A stretch of 62,893 nucleotides of DNA, filler included, from Guillardia theta CCMP2712 (lineage: Eukaryota > Protista > Cryptophyta), in assembly GCF_000315625.1 (NCBI RefSeq). It is 6 parts of 6 records of this genome, joined end to end, with 100 filler letters (N's around TTAATTAATTAA, not from the genome) between each part and the next. Parts side by side here need not be neighbours in the genome. Positions count along the whole stretch, not along the records: positions 1 to 4,875 come from NW_005434537.1; positions 4,976 to 28,583 come from NW_005434368.1; 4 more parts are not named here. One strand, written 5' to 3'. The notes under the pieces were generated by a model. That model saw nothing but the letters and a program-made list of their open reading frames with translations. It was not told where the DNA came from and did no database searches. The position numbers and the translations under genes are program-made. Shown piece after piece: positions 1 through 12,427 of this stretch; the first letter of the stretch is position 1; the number at the start of each line of letters is the position of its first letter.

Positions 1-276
1 TCGACGGATCCTGCCGGCCGGGCCCGTCAGTAGACCGACTGCAGCCTTCAGCCCCGCCTCAGACCCCTGGAGGCCCGCCAGGAGGCTAAGTGTCCGGAGA
101 TTGGCCGGGGGCATGATCTCTCCGGGCGGCCGTGACCGGTCAGCGGACCGTGTCAGCAGGCCCGTGACATGTCAGCCGGCTGACAGGGTCCGTGACCCGG
201 CTGACAGGCTCACCTGACCGGTCACGTGACACATCACGTGACCGAGACAAGACTTTTTTATATCGCAGATCCAAAA

Positions 277-1799
277 ACAAGTTTGTTATACTTGTACTAG
301 TCCAAAGTCACGCAGACATCACATCGACCTCAGTTGTAACAAGACAGTTTTTGCTCAAGACCGAGTTTAATGCACACGAAACCAGAATTGAGGAGCACAT
401 GAGAGATAGACTGTATGCTAGGATGTGAAACCCAAGCATCCAGACATGAGGGGACCTTAGCAAGACGGCTAGGAAGGCCTCCTCTTCGTCACATGTACTA
501 CATTGCCGCCTCGAAAACACGTAAGTCGTCTTGGTTTACAGGAGAGTTTTTGTTAACTCGGCGCTATCTGACTGGCACGGCTGGCATACGTTCCATCTTC
601 CCCCCGAGTTTCTGAAATAGTACGTTACATCGGACGTCAGAAAGTCACACAAACAAGAGAATGTCAGCAGATCCAAGTCAAGATACGATCATACAACGTC
701 AAGTTCACAGTCATGCTGAGTGGGCAATAACCATTTGAGGATTGTCCATTCTGAAGAAGATTTTCATGCAGGGCTGTTAGATGTGCGGTACAGAGATAAG
801 GGGAGATGCCTGGCGAGCGGATGCAATGACGAGAGATGGAGGATAGGATAAGAGAGTCTGAAGAGAGAGAAGATAAGAGAGATAGAGAGGGAGAGAGAGC
901 GTGCCCGCCGGCATTTGAAGACCAAGAGATAAATTTTTGAACCGTAAAGAACTTGTGACCAGAGATTGCTGCCGCAAGATTGGAACATCCGTTTCAAGGC
1001 ATTTGAAGATTGTTGTGCAGTAGTACCTTGTTCGCCGATCCAGAAGTAGCTCCAGTTATGCATGCCACAGCCTAGCTCCATGACATGAAACTTCCGCCAG
1101 ATCTCCTGGGAGTTCCATTTGATCCTACTCAAAGATCAAGAAAATAAGAATCGAATCAGCTTCAAGTGCGTTTCCACACGGTTAAGCAGATATTCGACCG
1201 ACCAATCTGGCTGGGGAAAGGCTTGTTTTTCCTATTCGAAGATCAATCAAACAAATTGAGGCTGAGATGAGAGGCCTAAACAACTTGCGGCTAGAGAGAG
1301 AGCCTGATTGAAGAGAAGAGTCATCCGAATGTGCAAGGCTTGATAGAAAGTTGCATGAATTTTCAACAGTAACGGAAAACAATACCAAGAAAGAAAAAAC
1401 TCCAGTAAACAATTCAACTAACCAAATATAAGATCAACATGATTGAGCATGTAATCGGGGCCCATAACCGACGGAATACAAGTTTGTTATACTTGTACTA
1501 GTCCAAAGTCACGCAGACATCACATCGACCTCAGTTGTAACAAGACAGTTTTTGCTCAAGACCGAGTTTAATGCACACGAAACCAGAATTGAGGAGCACA
1601 TGAGAGATAGACTGTATGCTAGGATGTGAAACCCAAGCATCCAGACATGAGGGGACCTTAGCAAGACGGCTAGGAAGGCCTCCTCTTCGTCACATGTACT
1701 ACATTGCCGCCTCGAAAACACGTAAGTCGTCTTGGTTTACAGGAGAGTTTTTGTTAACTCGGCGCTATCTGACTGGCACGGCTGGCATACGTTCCATCG
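277..1799. mobile_element. Non-coding insert with 321-bp terminal direct repeats (277-597, 1478-1798) around an ~880-bp core, copy 1
   Basis: acaagtttgttatac...catacgttccatc occurs at 277 and 1478 (offset 1201). The insert replaces ~140 bp of a monomer. No TG..CA ends, TSD or RT ORF, so the class is unresolved. Confidence 0.55.
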
Positions 1800-2320
1800 T
1801 AAGTGTCCGGAGATTGGCCGGGGGCCTGATCTCTCCGGGCGGCCGTGACCGGTCAGCGGACCGTGTCAGCAGGCCCGTGACATGTCAGCCGGCTGACAGG
1901 GTCCGTGACCCGGCTGACAGGCTCACCTGACCGGTCACGTGACACATCACGTGACCGAGACAAGACTTTTTTATATCGCAGATCCAAAAACCCATAGGAC
2001 ATTTCTCCCAGGGGAAGAAAACCTCCCTTGACCCCCCTGTTTCTCGACGGATCCTGCCGGCCGGGCCCGTCAGTAGACCGACTGCAGCCTTCAGCCCCGC
2101 CTCAGACCCCCTGGAGGCCCGCCAGGAGGCTAAGTGTCCGGAGATTGGCCGGGGGCCTGATCTCTCCGGGCGGCCGTGACCGGTCAGCGGACCGTGTCAG
2201 CAGGCCCGTGACATGTCAGCCGGCTGACAGGGTCCGTGACCCGGCTGACAGGCTCACCTGACCGGTCACGTGACACATCACGTGACCGAGACAAGACTTT
2301 TTTATATCGCAGATCCAAAA

Positions 2321-3843
2321 ACAAGTTTGTTATACTTGTACTAGTCCAAAGTCACGCAGACATCACATCGACCTCAGTTGTAACAAGACAGTTTTTGCTC
2401 AAGACCGAGTTTAATGCACACGAAACCAGAATTGAGGAGCACATGAGAGATAGACTGTATGCTAGGATGTGAAACCCAAGCATCCAGACATGAGGGGACC
2501 TTAGCAAGACGGCTAGGAAGGCCTCCTCTTCGTCACATGTACTACATTGCCGCCTCGAAAACACGTAAGTCGTCTTGGTTTACAGGAGAGTTTTTGTTAA
2601 CTCGGCGCTATCTGACTGGCACGGCTGGCATACGTTCCATCTTCCCCCCGAGTTTCTGAAATAGTACGTTACATCGGACGTCAGAAAGTCACACAAACAA
2701 GAGAATGTCAGCAGATCCAAGTCAAGATACGATCATACAACGTCAAGTTCACAGTCATGCTGAGTGGGCAATAACCATTTGAGGATTGTCCATTCTGAAG
2801 AAGATTTTCATGCAGGGCTGTTAGATGTGCGGTACAGAGATAAGGGGAGATGCCTGGCGAGCGGATGCAATGACGAGAGATGGAGGATAGGATAAGAGAG
2901 TCTGAAGAGAGAGAAGATAAGAGAGATAGAGAGGGAGAGAGAGCGTGCCCGCCGGCATTTGAAGACCAAGAGATAAATTTTTGAACCGTAAAGAACTTGT
3001 GACCAGAGATTGCTGCCGCAAGATTGGAACATCCGTTTCAAGGCATTTGAAGATTGTTGTGCAGTAGTACCTTGTTCGCCGATCCAGAAGTAGCTCCAGT
3101 TATGCATGCCACAGCCTAGCTCCATGACATGAAACTTCCGCCAGATCTCCTGGGAGTTCCATTTGATCCTACTCAAAGATCAAGAAAATAAGAATCGAAT
3201 CAGCTTCAAGTGCGTTTCCACACGGTTAAGCAGATATTCGACCGACCAATCTGGCTGGGGAAAGGCTTGTTTTTCCTATTCGAAGATCAATCAAACAAAT
3301 TGAGGCTGAGATGAGAGGCCTAAACAACTTGCGGCTAGAGAGAGAGCCTGATTGAAGAGAAGAGTCATCCGAATGTGCAAGGCTTGATAGAAAGTTGCAT
3401 GAATTTTCAACAGTAACGGAAAACAATACCAAGAAAGAAAAAACTCCAGTAAACAATTCAACTAACCAAATATAAGATCAACATGATTGAGCATGTAATC
3501 GGGGCCCATAACCGACGGAATACAAGTTTGTTATACTTGTACTAGTCCAAAGTCACGCAGACATCACATCGACCTCAGTTGTAACAAGACAGTTTTTGCT
3601 CAAGACCGAGTTTAATGCACACGAAACCAGAATTGAGGAGCACATGAGAGATAGACTGTATGCTAGGATGTGAAACCCAAGCATCCAGACATGAGGGGAC
3701 CTTAGCAAGACGGCTAGGAAGGCCTCCTCTTCGTCACATGTACTACATTGCCGCCTCGAAAACACGTAAGTCGTCTTGGTTTACAGGAGAGTTTTTGTTA
3801 ACTCGGCGCTATCTGACTGGCACGGCTGGCATACGTTCCATCG
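2321..3843. mobile_element. Copy 2 of the direct-repeat-flanked insert (repeats 2321-2641, 3522-3842)
   Basis: Same sequence and same junctions as copy 1 at +2044. Confidence 0.55.
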
Positions 3844-4875
3844 TAAGTGTCCGGAGATTGGCCGGGGGCCTGATCTCTCCGGGCGGCCGTGACCGGTCAG
3901 CGGACCGTGTCAGCAGGCCCGTGACATGTCAGCCGGCTGACAGGGTCCGTGACCCGGCTGACAGGCTCACCTGACCGGTCACGTGACACATCACGTGACC
4001 GAGACAAGACTTTTTTATATCGCAGATCCAAAAACCCATAGGACATTTCTCCCAGGGGAAGAAAACCTCCCTTGACCCCCCTGTTTCTCGACGGATCCTG
4101 CCGGCCGGGCCCGTCAGTAGACCGACTGCAGCCTTCAGCCCCGCCTCAGACCCCCTGGAGGCCCGCCAGGAGGCTAAGTGTCCGGAGATTGGCCGGGGGC
4201 CTGATCTCTCCGGGCGGCCGTGACCGGTCAGCGGACCGTGTCAGCAGGCCCGTGACATGTCAGCCGGCTGACAGGGTCCGTGACCCGGCTGACAGGCTCA
4301 CCTGACCGGTCACGTGACACATCACGTGACCGAGACAAGACTTTTTTATATCGCAGATCCAAAAACCCATAGGACATTTCTCCCAGGGGGAAGAAAACCT
4401 CCCTTGACCCCCCTGTTTCTCGACGGATCCTGCCGGCCGGGCCCGTCAGTAGACCGACTGCAGCCTTCAGCCCCGCCTCAGACCCCCTGGAGGCCCGCCA
4501 GGAGGCTAAGTGTCCGGAGATTGGCCGGGGGCCTGATCTCTCCGGGCGGCCGTGACCGGTCAGCGGACCGTGTCAGCAGGCCCGTGACATGTCAGCCGGC
4601 TGACAGGGTCCGTGACCCGGCTGACAGGCTCACCTGACCGGTCACGTGACACATCACGTGACCGAGACAAGACTTTTTTATATCGCAGATCCAAAAACCC
4701 ATAGGACATTTCTCCCAGGGGGAAGAAAACCTCCTTGGACCCCCCTGTTTCTCGACGGATCCTGCCGGCCGGGCCCGTCAGTAAACCGACGGCAGCCTTC
4801 AGCCCCGCCTCAGACCCCCTGGAGGGCCCGCCAGGAGGCTAAGTGTCCGGGAGATTGGCCGGGGGCCTGATCTCT

Positions 4876-4975
4876 NNNNNNNNNNNNNNNNNNNNNNNNN
4901 NNNNNNNNNNNNNNNNNNNTTAATTAATTAANNNNNNNNNNNNNNNNNNNNNNNNNNNNNNNNNNNNNNNNNNNN
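4876..4975. other. Artificial contig-join linker (also at 28584-28683, 33558-33657, 45197-45296, 49794-49893)
   Basis: 100-bp block of Ns with a central TTAATTAATTAA (stops in all six frames), seen five times. Confidence 0.95.
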
Positions 4976-5047
4976 GAGGAGGAGGAGGAGGAGGAGGAGG
5001 AGGAGGAGGAGGAGGAGGAGGAGGAGGAGGAGGAGGAGGAGGAGGAG
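4976..5047 (+). repeat. (GAG)n microsatellite at contig edge
   Basis: Direct reading. Confidence 0.95.
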
Positions 5048-5259
5048 TAGATGCCTGGCAAGCAGGACCGAGCGACTGATTTGAGAGTAAACTCTACTTG
5101 TGAAGTCACACCCTACCCCACCCTACTCGGGCCCCAGCACAGCAGTCCGGGGGTAGTGATTGAGGGTGTTGCCACGGGGTAGGGGGGTGTAGGAGGTCCG
5201 GGGGTGGGTGAGGCCATGGGAAGCCTGCGGCCCTTCGCTGGAATGATCAGAGGGAACAA

Positions 5260-6600
5260 ATGAGAGCTGAGAGCGCGAGATGGTCGAGTGAGGAGAAGAA
5301 AGCAGAGCGAATGCTCGAGCAGCGCAAGTTTGAACGAAGAAGAGAGAGGGCATGCCTTTACCAGCAACATGCTTGCATGCAAATTGATCTAAGAATCTAC
5401 TGCTTAACTGAAACCTCGCATGTAGAGCTAAGTCCAAGCAAATTTGTTCACTTGTTGCTTTGAACGCTTGTTTTGAAGTAATCGTTTTGCAGGGAATATT
5501 GGTTGGGTGTGTGGGATGCTGTGTAAGTCCATGCTTTGGTGCTGCCTGTTTTTTGTGCTCGGAACGAAGCGAGTATGTACTTTCACTGGGTACAAAGGGT
5601 ATGATAAAGAGGAGACAGCTACAGGCATTTTCAAAGGATATTGTATCCCAATGTCATACAACTATGAGATTGGCCTCTGTCAGGGTTACTCTGGAACAGC
5701 CAAGGTTTGCGCGGCAACTTCAAAAGCTGACAATCAATTCTCAGCGGAATATTACAAGACAAATGAAGTAATGTCTTCCACATCTGCCATCATGGACAAG
5801 ACCCTAGTCAAGGGAGGCACGTTTTTCAAGCAGCTGGCCCTCTACATGATCACAAAGGCCTGCAGTCAGATCGGACCTAACGTCCAAGTGAATGGAAATC
5901 TGAACGATGATCAGATTCAGAAAGGAGCTTGCAACTTTGTTTGGAGAAGAGATCAGGTGAAGAAGCGATTCAAGCTGTCGGAGCTTATTAGTTGCTGCAG
6001 GAAATTCAGAACGCATCCATTAGCAACACACCAGCAAAGAATCAGTCATGGGGAACGTTCCTGTATCAAGGGCCACGTAACTTGACCTACTTTGTCTTCA
6101 AGGGCATCCCAAAGTCTCAATGTTCATACGACTATGACTGCAGACATTTCAATCAGCCAGGACAGGTATTGCCTAGTTGATGTTCCAGAGAGAAGCCTTG
6201 TGATGCGAGGTCTAAGGTCTACACCTGCTGTGACTACTGCGAACATTATTTCTCCACTTACTGGTACATCATCTCTCTCACATGTCTTCCTCATGACTTT
6301 GAAATCAGCGATGCCAAACCCTATGAGATCTTCAAGTTCTGCATGGAGAAGGTGAGCCATCTTCATGCAGCATTTCCTCAATGCTAGTGCAGGTGCAATG
6401 CGTCTGCAACTCCGTTACGAAGCCTTGCTACAAGGCGTCGACCTCGCGATGTCAACCCCAAGGATGTCCGCAGAAGTAATGGGAGGCTTTCTTGCATGAA
6501 GATTGTCCTCACGTGGTTGCTTGCTGCAGCTTTCCTGATGGTTTGGTCTACCCCGTCTACGGCGCACCCTGCAGCTCAGCATCGTCATTGCCTGCATCTT
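5260..6600 (+). CDS. Hypothetical multi-exon Cys-containing protein
   Basis: ORF 5507-6085 (192 aa) plus adjoining frames with GT/AG-like breaks. No family recognised; ends uncertain. Confidence 0.35.
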
Positions 6601-6953
6601 TAGCCATGAACATGGTGAAGTGAAATGTCGTGCCAGGTTCCATTCGATGTGACCTCACTCCAGGTTCTTGTTGTATTTGTATTGCTTGCATATAGAATAA
6701 ACATGTAAAGATTTCCTTCCAAGACGAATTATCCGGCTACACGGTTTAAATGCAACAAATCGCATTTGACTAATAGTTTACACAAGTGGAACTTGCACGT
6801 CAGGGTGCGCTAGTTCACAAAGAATAAGATGCCTTGTTTTCATAACTCATTCCATGAGAGTACAAGGACTTGCGACCTATGCGCTCTCGCGCTGTCTGCT
6901 GCCAAACGAAGTATGGGAAAGGTAGGGAGTCTTGGCAGCCGGTTTGATGGGGA

Positions 6954-8091
6954 TCAAGGGGTTGGGGCTATAGGTCTCGCTGACGTGGGAGGGCTTGAGG
7001 AAGACGCTAGAAAGCGAAATCAGAAGAGAAGCTGGTCAGATGTTTGCAGACTCACAGGTTGGGGTTGAGAATCGGTTTCATCAGCTCCTCCCCTTCCACC
7101 TTCTCTGCCATCGTCTCCTTTGCAGCTCTGTGCATGCTTACGAAAGACAAGATCGTGTTCCACAGAAGAGCGACCATGCAGCAGAAGGGAACCTGAAAGG
7201 TGCATCAGCTCCTGGGCTTGCCAGGCCTCACAACCTGATACTTCTCGTCGATCATCGTAAACATGATGAACTGCACCGGGACCCACAGGGTCCAGTTAAG
7301 CCGCAGGTTTCTCCAGTATTCCTTTCTCGCCGAATGAACGACCTGCTTGAGCGAATCTCCTCGCAACATCTTTCCTCGCACGAGATAGAAGACCGGAAAG
7401 TACACCGCTGGAATCATGCAGAACTGAAGGCTGTCCGTCACAAGCATGTTCGGAACTCTTGAAAGAGTTTCACCTGGTTGAGGGCCAGCTTCGTGACAGC
7501 CACCCATATTGAGCTCCCATACGGCAGCGTGTTCCCAAGCTCACTCAGAAGACGAAACCAGTTATGCTGAAAGAAGCCTGTGTACAAGCACCTGTGCAAC
7601 CGGTCAATCACATGGGCAGGCGTGACTGTAAACAACCCGAACAAGGCAAAAGTCATCGTTCGCTTACGATCCCATTTGCTGACATCTATGACACCGGATT
7701 TCCCATGCCTATCAGGTCGCTCTTTGCCTTCCCGCTCAAGAACTTCTTTGGCTTTGACAATTCTCCTTGCAGAAATTTGCTGAGCAAGAAAATCACCCAT
7801 CATGGCCAGAGCGCCGGCGGTAAGAACTTTTGTTCGGAGGGGATGAAGTTCAAGACTGGAAAGATAAGCTTGAAGAGGATTGAAAGACATTGTGATCAAT
7901 GATATTCTCTTGTTTGAAGTTCTTGTATCGCATTTCCGCTGAATGCGCAGAGAACCAAAACGGTTCACAGCAACAAGGTTCTTCGTTGGAATCAAATTAA
8001 GGAATCCATAGCAGTCACATGCCATTGCAAACATCATTACGATGCAAAACCACCTGATCAATACAATTCTGTTCCTCGTCATGGGTTTCAT
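6954..8091 (-). CDS. Mpv17/PMP22 family membrane protein, possible bipartite N-terminal presequence
   Basis: YLSSLELHPLRTKVLTAGALAMMGDFLAQ, WDRKRTMTFALFG, KLALNQ, NWTLWVPVQFIMF and WNTILS are spread over short-intron-separated exons. 3' end approximate. Confidence 0.9.
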
Positions 8092-8649
8092 TTCAACTCG
8101 TGCTTGTCGTACACGAGACACCCGTTCCAATGCTTCGTGGAGCCTTGTTTTCCCCAATCTTTGTCTGGAAGTTGAGCCTTTATGAAGAAATATCTTTCGT
8201 AGTTCGTTTCAATGCTCTACAGCAGTCTTGTCTCATTCTCTCTTCTCTCTTCTCATCTCTACCTGTCTCTATCCCTTTGCGCGCATTTTCGTCGAGTTTG
8301 CCTTTACACACTCCTCAATTTCGTCCCCCACCCATTTCGTACATCTGTACCCCCCATCCAAGTACCCCTACCCCTTTAAAGATCAAATTACAGTACTGTA
8401 GTGCGGGATAGACCCCATACTACCATATGACCCCACCCCCAACCTCCTGTAAAGATCTTGAATCAATGCGCCCCACAACAATTGTTTTATAACGAGCTCT
8501 GGGGCGGGTTTGCTAAGACTCTCTAGCTGCTGACGGCGCTGCCTTTTTTTCTCCTCTTTTATTCCCCTGAGGCGGGTTCGTGACTCGACCAGGCATGAGC
8601 TTGCTCGAGCTGAGATTGACATGAAGAAGTCTGAACGTCTCAGCTTACT

Positions 8650-8725
8650 CGTCTCACACAGCTGGGCTTCATTGCAAGCGTCTCACACAGCTGGGCTTCA
8701 TTGCAAGCGTCTCACACAGCTGGGC
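8650..8725. repeat. 29-bp tandem repeat (~2.6 copies) just after the 5-phosphatase stop
   Basis: cgtctcacacagctgggcttcattgcaag at 8650, 8679 and partially at 8708. Confidence 0.9.
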
Positions 8726-8728
8726 CCT

Positions 8729-11345
8729 TCACTCTCGCAGGCAGAGCTGCAGGTTAGAGAGGGAGGAGGCGAGCTCTACCCCCAGGACCTGCAGCCCCTG
8801 ACCGCGAATGCCGTTGAGAAACATGTTGAGGTATATCGTCACTTGTGTCACTTGTGTCTCTGCTCCTTCCTGCTCGCTCAGCACGTACGCCTCCCAGTCA
8901 ACGTCGGCCCGCAAGTAGCGCGAGCTCTCTGGCACCAGCCTGTGACGGATGGACTGGAGGAGGAGGACGACCTCGCGCTCTCCGCCGGCATCTCTGCCAG
9001 GCAGAGGAGGGAGCGCATGTCTGCTCATGAGCGCACTCAAGTCAACCTCCGGCACGAGGGAGCGAGCCTCCCTCTCTGCGCCTGCGCTGGAAACAGACCT
9101 CGCCAACCGCAGCACCACGTGATGGTCATCGTATTTGAAGAGCGTGCTCCCCTCCACCATCGTCCTGTCCCACTCCACCCGTCGCGACGTGTCCCACAGC
9201 ACCTCCTGAACGCTCTGCAAATCCCCAACCACTCGGGTCGTTCCTCGCAAGAGCACCTTGTCTTCCGCCACTCCCGCCAGAGTCTCGATCTTGACCTCAT
9301 GCCTTCGAGTCAGCTCCACCCATGGCAGCTGCTCGGCGTCCAGGACCGCGTCTAGCCGGCTGCTTGCGAGCTCGCGGTAGTTCTCGACGGTCACCACAGC
9401 CTCGGGGAACTTGGGAAGCTGGATAGCCCTCGCCCCCTCCCCGTGTGCCTCGGAAGTCACCCCAGCCAGTCCCAGAGCGCCTCCCAGCGTAGACAAGCCG
9501 ACGCTTGAGAAGAGAGTCCCGACGGCTTCGGCCGAGAAGTCAGCGCTGGAGCGAACCGCACCGCTTACGGCGTGTAAAGAGTCCTCCCCCCAGTGCACGA
9601 GCTCGTTCACCAGCACCTCCCTCAGCTTGTACGAGCTGACCGACGAATGCCCGCTCTCTGCCTCCTCGAGGCCAAAGGAGATCAGCGCTGAGACCGGCCT
9701 GTGGTCCGACAGTCGAATCGCTTGCGAGGAAGTGTAGGAGAGGAGCGTCACCCTGCAAGGTTTTAAGACCCGATGCAAGAGAGGCGAGGGGAAGTAGCAA
9801 GAAACTGGGGAATGGCAGGGGTAGTTCAAGGGGAGCAAGTACCTCGAGCCCTTCCATAGGATGCGATCAGTCCAGGCGGGAGTCCTGGCCTTGTTGGACG
9901 AGTCAAATTCGTCGGAGTCGATGTCGTACTTGTAGGTGGGGAGGAAACTTAACGCTCCCTCGTCGAAGCCTCGCAACACTACGAAAGGCTAGTTAGCTTC
10001 CCCTTCAACTTCCTCACGACACCACCTGCGCCAGCTGCCATGGCCCTGTAAAGCTCGTCCGATCGCCAAAGTCTCTTCAGCTCCTCCCTCTCCTCCTTCG
10101 CCTTCGCCACCATCACGCGGCCCGCGGCCTTGGGGATTCTGAGGCGGAAGTTCAGGTCACCCATCCAGACGATCTTATCATGCTGCAGGATGCTGAGAGG
10201 AGGAGCGAACTGACGGATGGCGGTGTTCTTGCGGTCCACGCCCTTGAGGAAGCACTGGCTGAACCGCATCTTGTGGTTGATCTCGCTGATGTCTTGGCAC
10301 CTCCTCTCGTACCCTGCTGGGCTCTCCCCCGCTGCCAGGTGAGCCCCGATGAAGCAGAAGGTTTCGTCCTTGAGGCGGAAGCGAGCCCCGATCGCCCCCT
10401 TGTTTCCCATCACTCCGAGGACTCCGACGGAGACGCAGGCGAAGCTCAGCTCTCGCATCTCTTCTGCCACGTTTCTCTGCGCGAAGATGGAGAGCAACAC
10501 GCCTCCCAGCTGGCGATGGCAAACAGGAACATACTTGCTGCTGCCCCCCTCCGAGGGATACAGCTGTGCGAGGCTGCGGCGAAGAACAGCCTCCCATTGC
10601 GGTCCTCGCTTGCTCTCCAACATCAAAGTCGCCCCAACTGAGTTGTCTATCTCCTGCAGAGCGATCACGTACAAGTCAGGCGACACACTCTCCTCCTCCT
10701 TGTTGCTCGAGCTCTTCTCCTCTCCTTGCACCAACACCCAGCTGCCATCCTCCTCGCCTCGCCTGCTGCTCTCAGAGCTGCTTCTCAACCAGGACACAAC
10801 AGATGCCGGAGGGCTGACATTCGCCACATTCCAAGTCCCTGAGCTCAAGTCAGCGAAACCAGCGAGCTAAACCACAAGCCACCTGTCCACACGAGGAGCG
10901 AGCTATTGGTGGAGTAGGCAAGCTTTGACACTGAGGCGCGAGTGCGAATCACGCTCTCGATCTCTTCTTCCTCACGCTCATTGTCTCTTGCTGACTTCTT
11001 CTTTCTCATGCTCGAGCCGCCCAGCTCTTCGTGTTCAAAGTAGCTCCCAAGTTCGATGCCGGAGAATACAGCTGCTTCTCTCCTTCGATCGCCTTCGAGG
11101 GTGAGGTCTGCCGCCTTGCTCGCCTCGTCCTCCTCAACCTCACTTTCTTTGTTCAGCATCTTCCGGAGGTCTTCAAATAGCGAGGGGCCTCGCTCAAACC
11201 TCTGGCCTGATCGCTGATCTTCCCCACTTTCGTCTTCCCCTTCCTTCATCTGCAAGGCCAACTCGTCGAACAGCGACGCACCCCGCATGATCCGAGTGTC
11301 ATCAGACACTTGCTTCATGTCATGCTCCTCTTCTAACCCCGACAT
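8729..11345 (-). CDS. Inositol polyphosphate 5-phosphatase (INPP5B/OCRL-type catalytic domain) with C-terminal START-like domain
   Basis: GTWNV, PDLYVIALQEI, GVMGNKGAIGARF, AHLAAG, WMGDLNFR, FLPTYKYD and PAWTDRILW. The C-terminus has START-like VLWD..RRVEWD, REVVLL and VP..YLRADV. Three ORFs joined by short introns. Confidence 0.92.
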
Positions 11346-11995
11346 GCCGCAATAGGCAAACTCTTTGAGCTGGTCACCTGTACATCCAAAGATGACCTGT
11401 AAACACCTCGGTCAGCCAGACTCTCTTCCTCCTCTCTACCCTCTTCTTCGATCTATCTCGTATGCTACTCTCAAATACTCAACAAATGAATCTCTTTTGT
11501 TTTTTCCACATTGACTGTCCTCCCCTTGCTCTGCTTCATATCTTTCTACCATTTCGATGATTTACCTAAAATTCATTCTCTGCCTTTGTCCCCTCCCGCT
11601 CGTTTCTTCGTTCCAATCGGTTATCCTCCTCGCCTTTCCCCCTCTCGCCTTCTCTCTTCCAGCATCGCCAAGTCTCTTCTCCTCTCCTCGTTCCATCCAC
11701 TTCCCCTCCGTCCATGCAGCATATCTCCGACAGAAGGCATGTACCCACCTACTCTTGTACCCATCGATTACACTAAGGACATGGGGTGGGTCATGCGGCC
11801 CTCATCCCCACCGGTTACAACGAAGAGACGGAGCAGGCTGCGGAGCAGGAGACGGAGCAGGAGACGGAGCAAACCCGACGATGTTGAGTCAGGGAGGGGG
11901 GGAGAAGAGAGGAGGAAGAAGGGGAGGGAGGGAGGGAGGGAGAAGGAGGAGGAGGAGGAGGAGAGAGGAAGGAGAGAGAGGAGTCAGCAGCGGGG

Positions 11996-12000
<5 letters not shown>

Positions 12001-12043
<43 letters not shown>
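12001..12043 (+). repeat. (GA)n microsatellite within a purine-rich tract
   Basis: Direct reading. Confidence 0.95.
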
Positions 12044-12045
<2 letters not shown>

Positions 12046-12427
12046 CAGATTCCTTATTTTTTACAGTGCCGGTCATAGAGACATCGGAGGTGCCCGTGGG
12101 GCTTTACCTGACAGGTAGAGACTATTGCGTCTCGCTTAGATTCTGAGACGTTTCTGAGCACTCGTATCTTTTTGCGCTTGAACAGAGAATATCTGATCTG
12201 AGTACGAACAAAATTATCATCCCATTCNNNNNNNNNNNNNNNNNNNNNNNNNNNNNNNNNNNNNNNNNNNNNNNNNNNNNNNNNNNNNNNNNNNNNNNNN
12301 NNNNNNNNNNNNNNNNNNNNNNNNNNNAACGGCAGAATGGGGCAGCCGGGTTGCTGACCAATCACTTGGTGCAGAGAAGAAGATAGAAGCGCTAGAGAAA
12401 CAGAATTCTAATCTGGTTCAAGCCATC

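Larger units (their letters stand above)
1..4875. repeat. Tandem satellite array, ~332-bp monomer, with a 2044-bp higher-order unit present twice
   Basis: The monomer (taagtgtccggagattgg...gcccgccaggaggc) recurs at a 331-332 bp period (4314 vs 4646). Satellite segments lie at 1-278, 1800-2322 and 3844-4875. Identical ORFs recur at +2044 (192/2236, 764/2808, 1616/3660). Confidence 0.97.

Noticed and set aside
192-4870. Short ORFs in the satellite and insert (also 43927-45119)
   Set aside because: Repeat-derived frames with non-ATG starts, no domains and frame-changing indels between monomers.
1-4875. CRISPR-like reading of the repeat array
   Set aside because: Units are 332 bp and head-to-tail without unique spacers, the inserts are identical copies, there are no cas genes and the context is eukaryotic.
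4876-4975. TTAATTAATTAA as a piggyBac or biological site, and gene linkage across it
   Set aside because: It is an artificial linker centred in Ns; the flanking pieces are not known to be adjacent.
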